The notes under the pieces are model-generated. The model had not been told where the DNA came from, did not search any database, and worked only from the letters and a program-made list of their open reading frames with translations. A stretch of 59,495 nt of DNA, the filler included. It is 5 parts of 5 records of this genome, joined end to end, with 100 filler letters (N's around TTAATTAATTAA, not from the genome) between each part and the next. Parts side by side here need not be neighbours in the genome. Positions count along the whole stretch, not along the records: positions 54,004 to 59,495 come from SRR20825006_963; 4 more parts are not named here. One strand, written 5' to 3'. Shown piece by piece: positions 58,771 to 59,495 of the stretch (within the stretch, counting starts at the first letter, position 1; each line of letters starts with the position of its first letter). The position numbers were made by a program, and so were the translations under genes.

Positions 58771-59495
58771 ATGAATACCGAAGTTGTGATCGCGGGCGCT
58801 GGCCCAGTAGGAATGACATTGGCGCTTGAACTTGCGCGCTATGGGGTTAAATCAATCCTCCTTGAGCGCAATGAAACGACCACTCGCCACCCTAAAATGG
58901 ATCTTACAAACGGGCGAAGCATGGAGTTGTTTGCTCGATTGGGGATAGTCAATGCGCTTCGTGATGTTGGAGTACCTAGGGAGAATCCATTCGATATAAG
59001 CTGGGTCACCTCTTTGAGCGGTCATGAACTCTATCGCTTTCTGTATCCCTCTTCCAACGACTACGAGGCTAGGTCACGGGCCGTCAATGATGGGAGTTTC
59101 CCTGCAGAAGCTCCTTTGCGTGTAAGTCAAATAGATATTGAGCCGGTACTCAAATCGTTTGTAGATAAAAATCCGTTGGTGGATGTGCGTTTTGGCGTCG
59201 CGTTTGAAGATATCGTCGAGAATGCGGAAGGTGGTGTAAAGGTCAGAATTAAGAGCGAGAATTCCGGCAAAGAAGAGGAAATTTCGGCGTTATTTTTGGC
59301 TGGTTGTGATGGTGGTGGTAGCAGGGTGCGGCGTCGTTTAGGTATAGGGCTTGACGGCGAAGAAGAGGTGGCTGGCGCATTTATGGTGCACTTCCGCTCA
59401 ACGGATACTGAGCTTCTACAACGATGGGGAGCAACTTGGCATTATCAAAACGGCGCAGGTACGCTGATTGCTCAAAATGACAAGGATACATGGAC
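58771..59495 (+). CDS. FAD-dependent aromatic monooxygenase (3'-partial; absent from the ORF track)
   Basis: Read by hand from the ATG at 58771: MNTEVVIAGAGPVG...HPKMDLTNGRSMELF...AGCDGGGS; open to the window end. Confidence 0.92.
   Translation, partial: MNTEVVIAGAGPVGMTLALELARYGVKSILLERNETTTRHPKMDLTNGRSMELFARLGIVNALRDVGVPRENPFDISWVTSLSGHELYRFLYPSSNDYEARSRAVNDGSFPAEAPLRVSQIDIEPVLKSFVDKNPLVDVRFGVAFEDIVENAEGGVKVRIKSENSGKEEEISALFLAGCDGGGSRVRRRLGIGLDGEEEVAGAFMVHFRSTDTELLQRWGATWHYQNGAGTLIAQNDKDTW

Overview
The window is not one genome. It is five unrelated contigs joined by 100-nt artificial linkers (44 N + TTAATTAATTAA + 44 N). (1) 1-19298 is GC-rich and Planctomycete-like. It carries an FG-GAP protein, a DUF1501/DUF1549-DUF1553 pair, a sigma54-driven pair of pseudo-receiver/ANTAR proteins, a hybrid kinase, an ApaH/PrpE-like phosphoesterase with a degenerate Nudix partner, Tad secretin genes, and a Fur/MerC/COG0523 metal locus with four TGCA-N7-TGCA boxes. 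(2) 19399-35700 is AT-rich Bacteroidota/Balneola-like housekeeping DNA (sulP, ctpA, hslUV, RNase E/G, murA, dut). (3) 35801-44938 is a Flavobacteriaceae-like phenylacetate (paa) operon packed with REP elements and a Flavo-1-like RNA. (4) 45039-53903 is a Flavobacteriaceae-like rsmE-tsaD/tamB region. (5) 54004-59495 is a proteobacterial-type aromatic catabolic cluster. The best candidate for a new system is a four-helix-bundle (IVP/bAvd-like) gene inserted in the paa operon. It is bracketed by inverted arrays of 7-nt repeats that cover its own start and the paaI start, and 'empty' or orphan repeat arrays occur at neighbouring gene junctions. Taxonomy and product names come from recognising motifs by eye; no database search was run.
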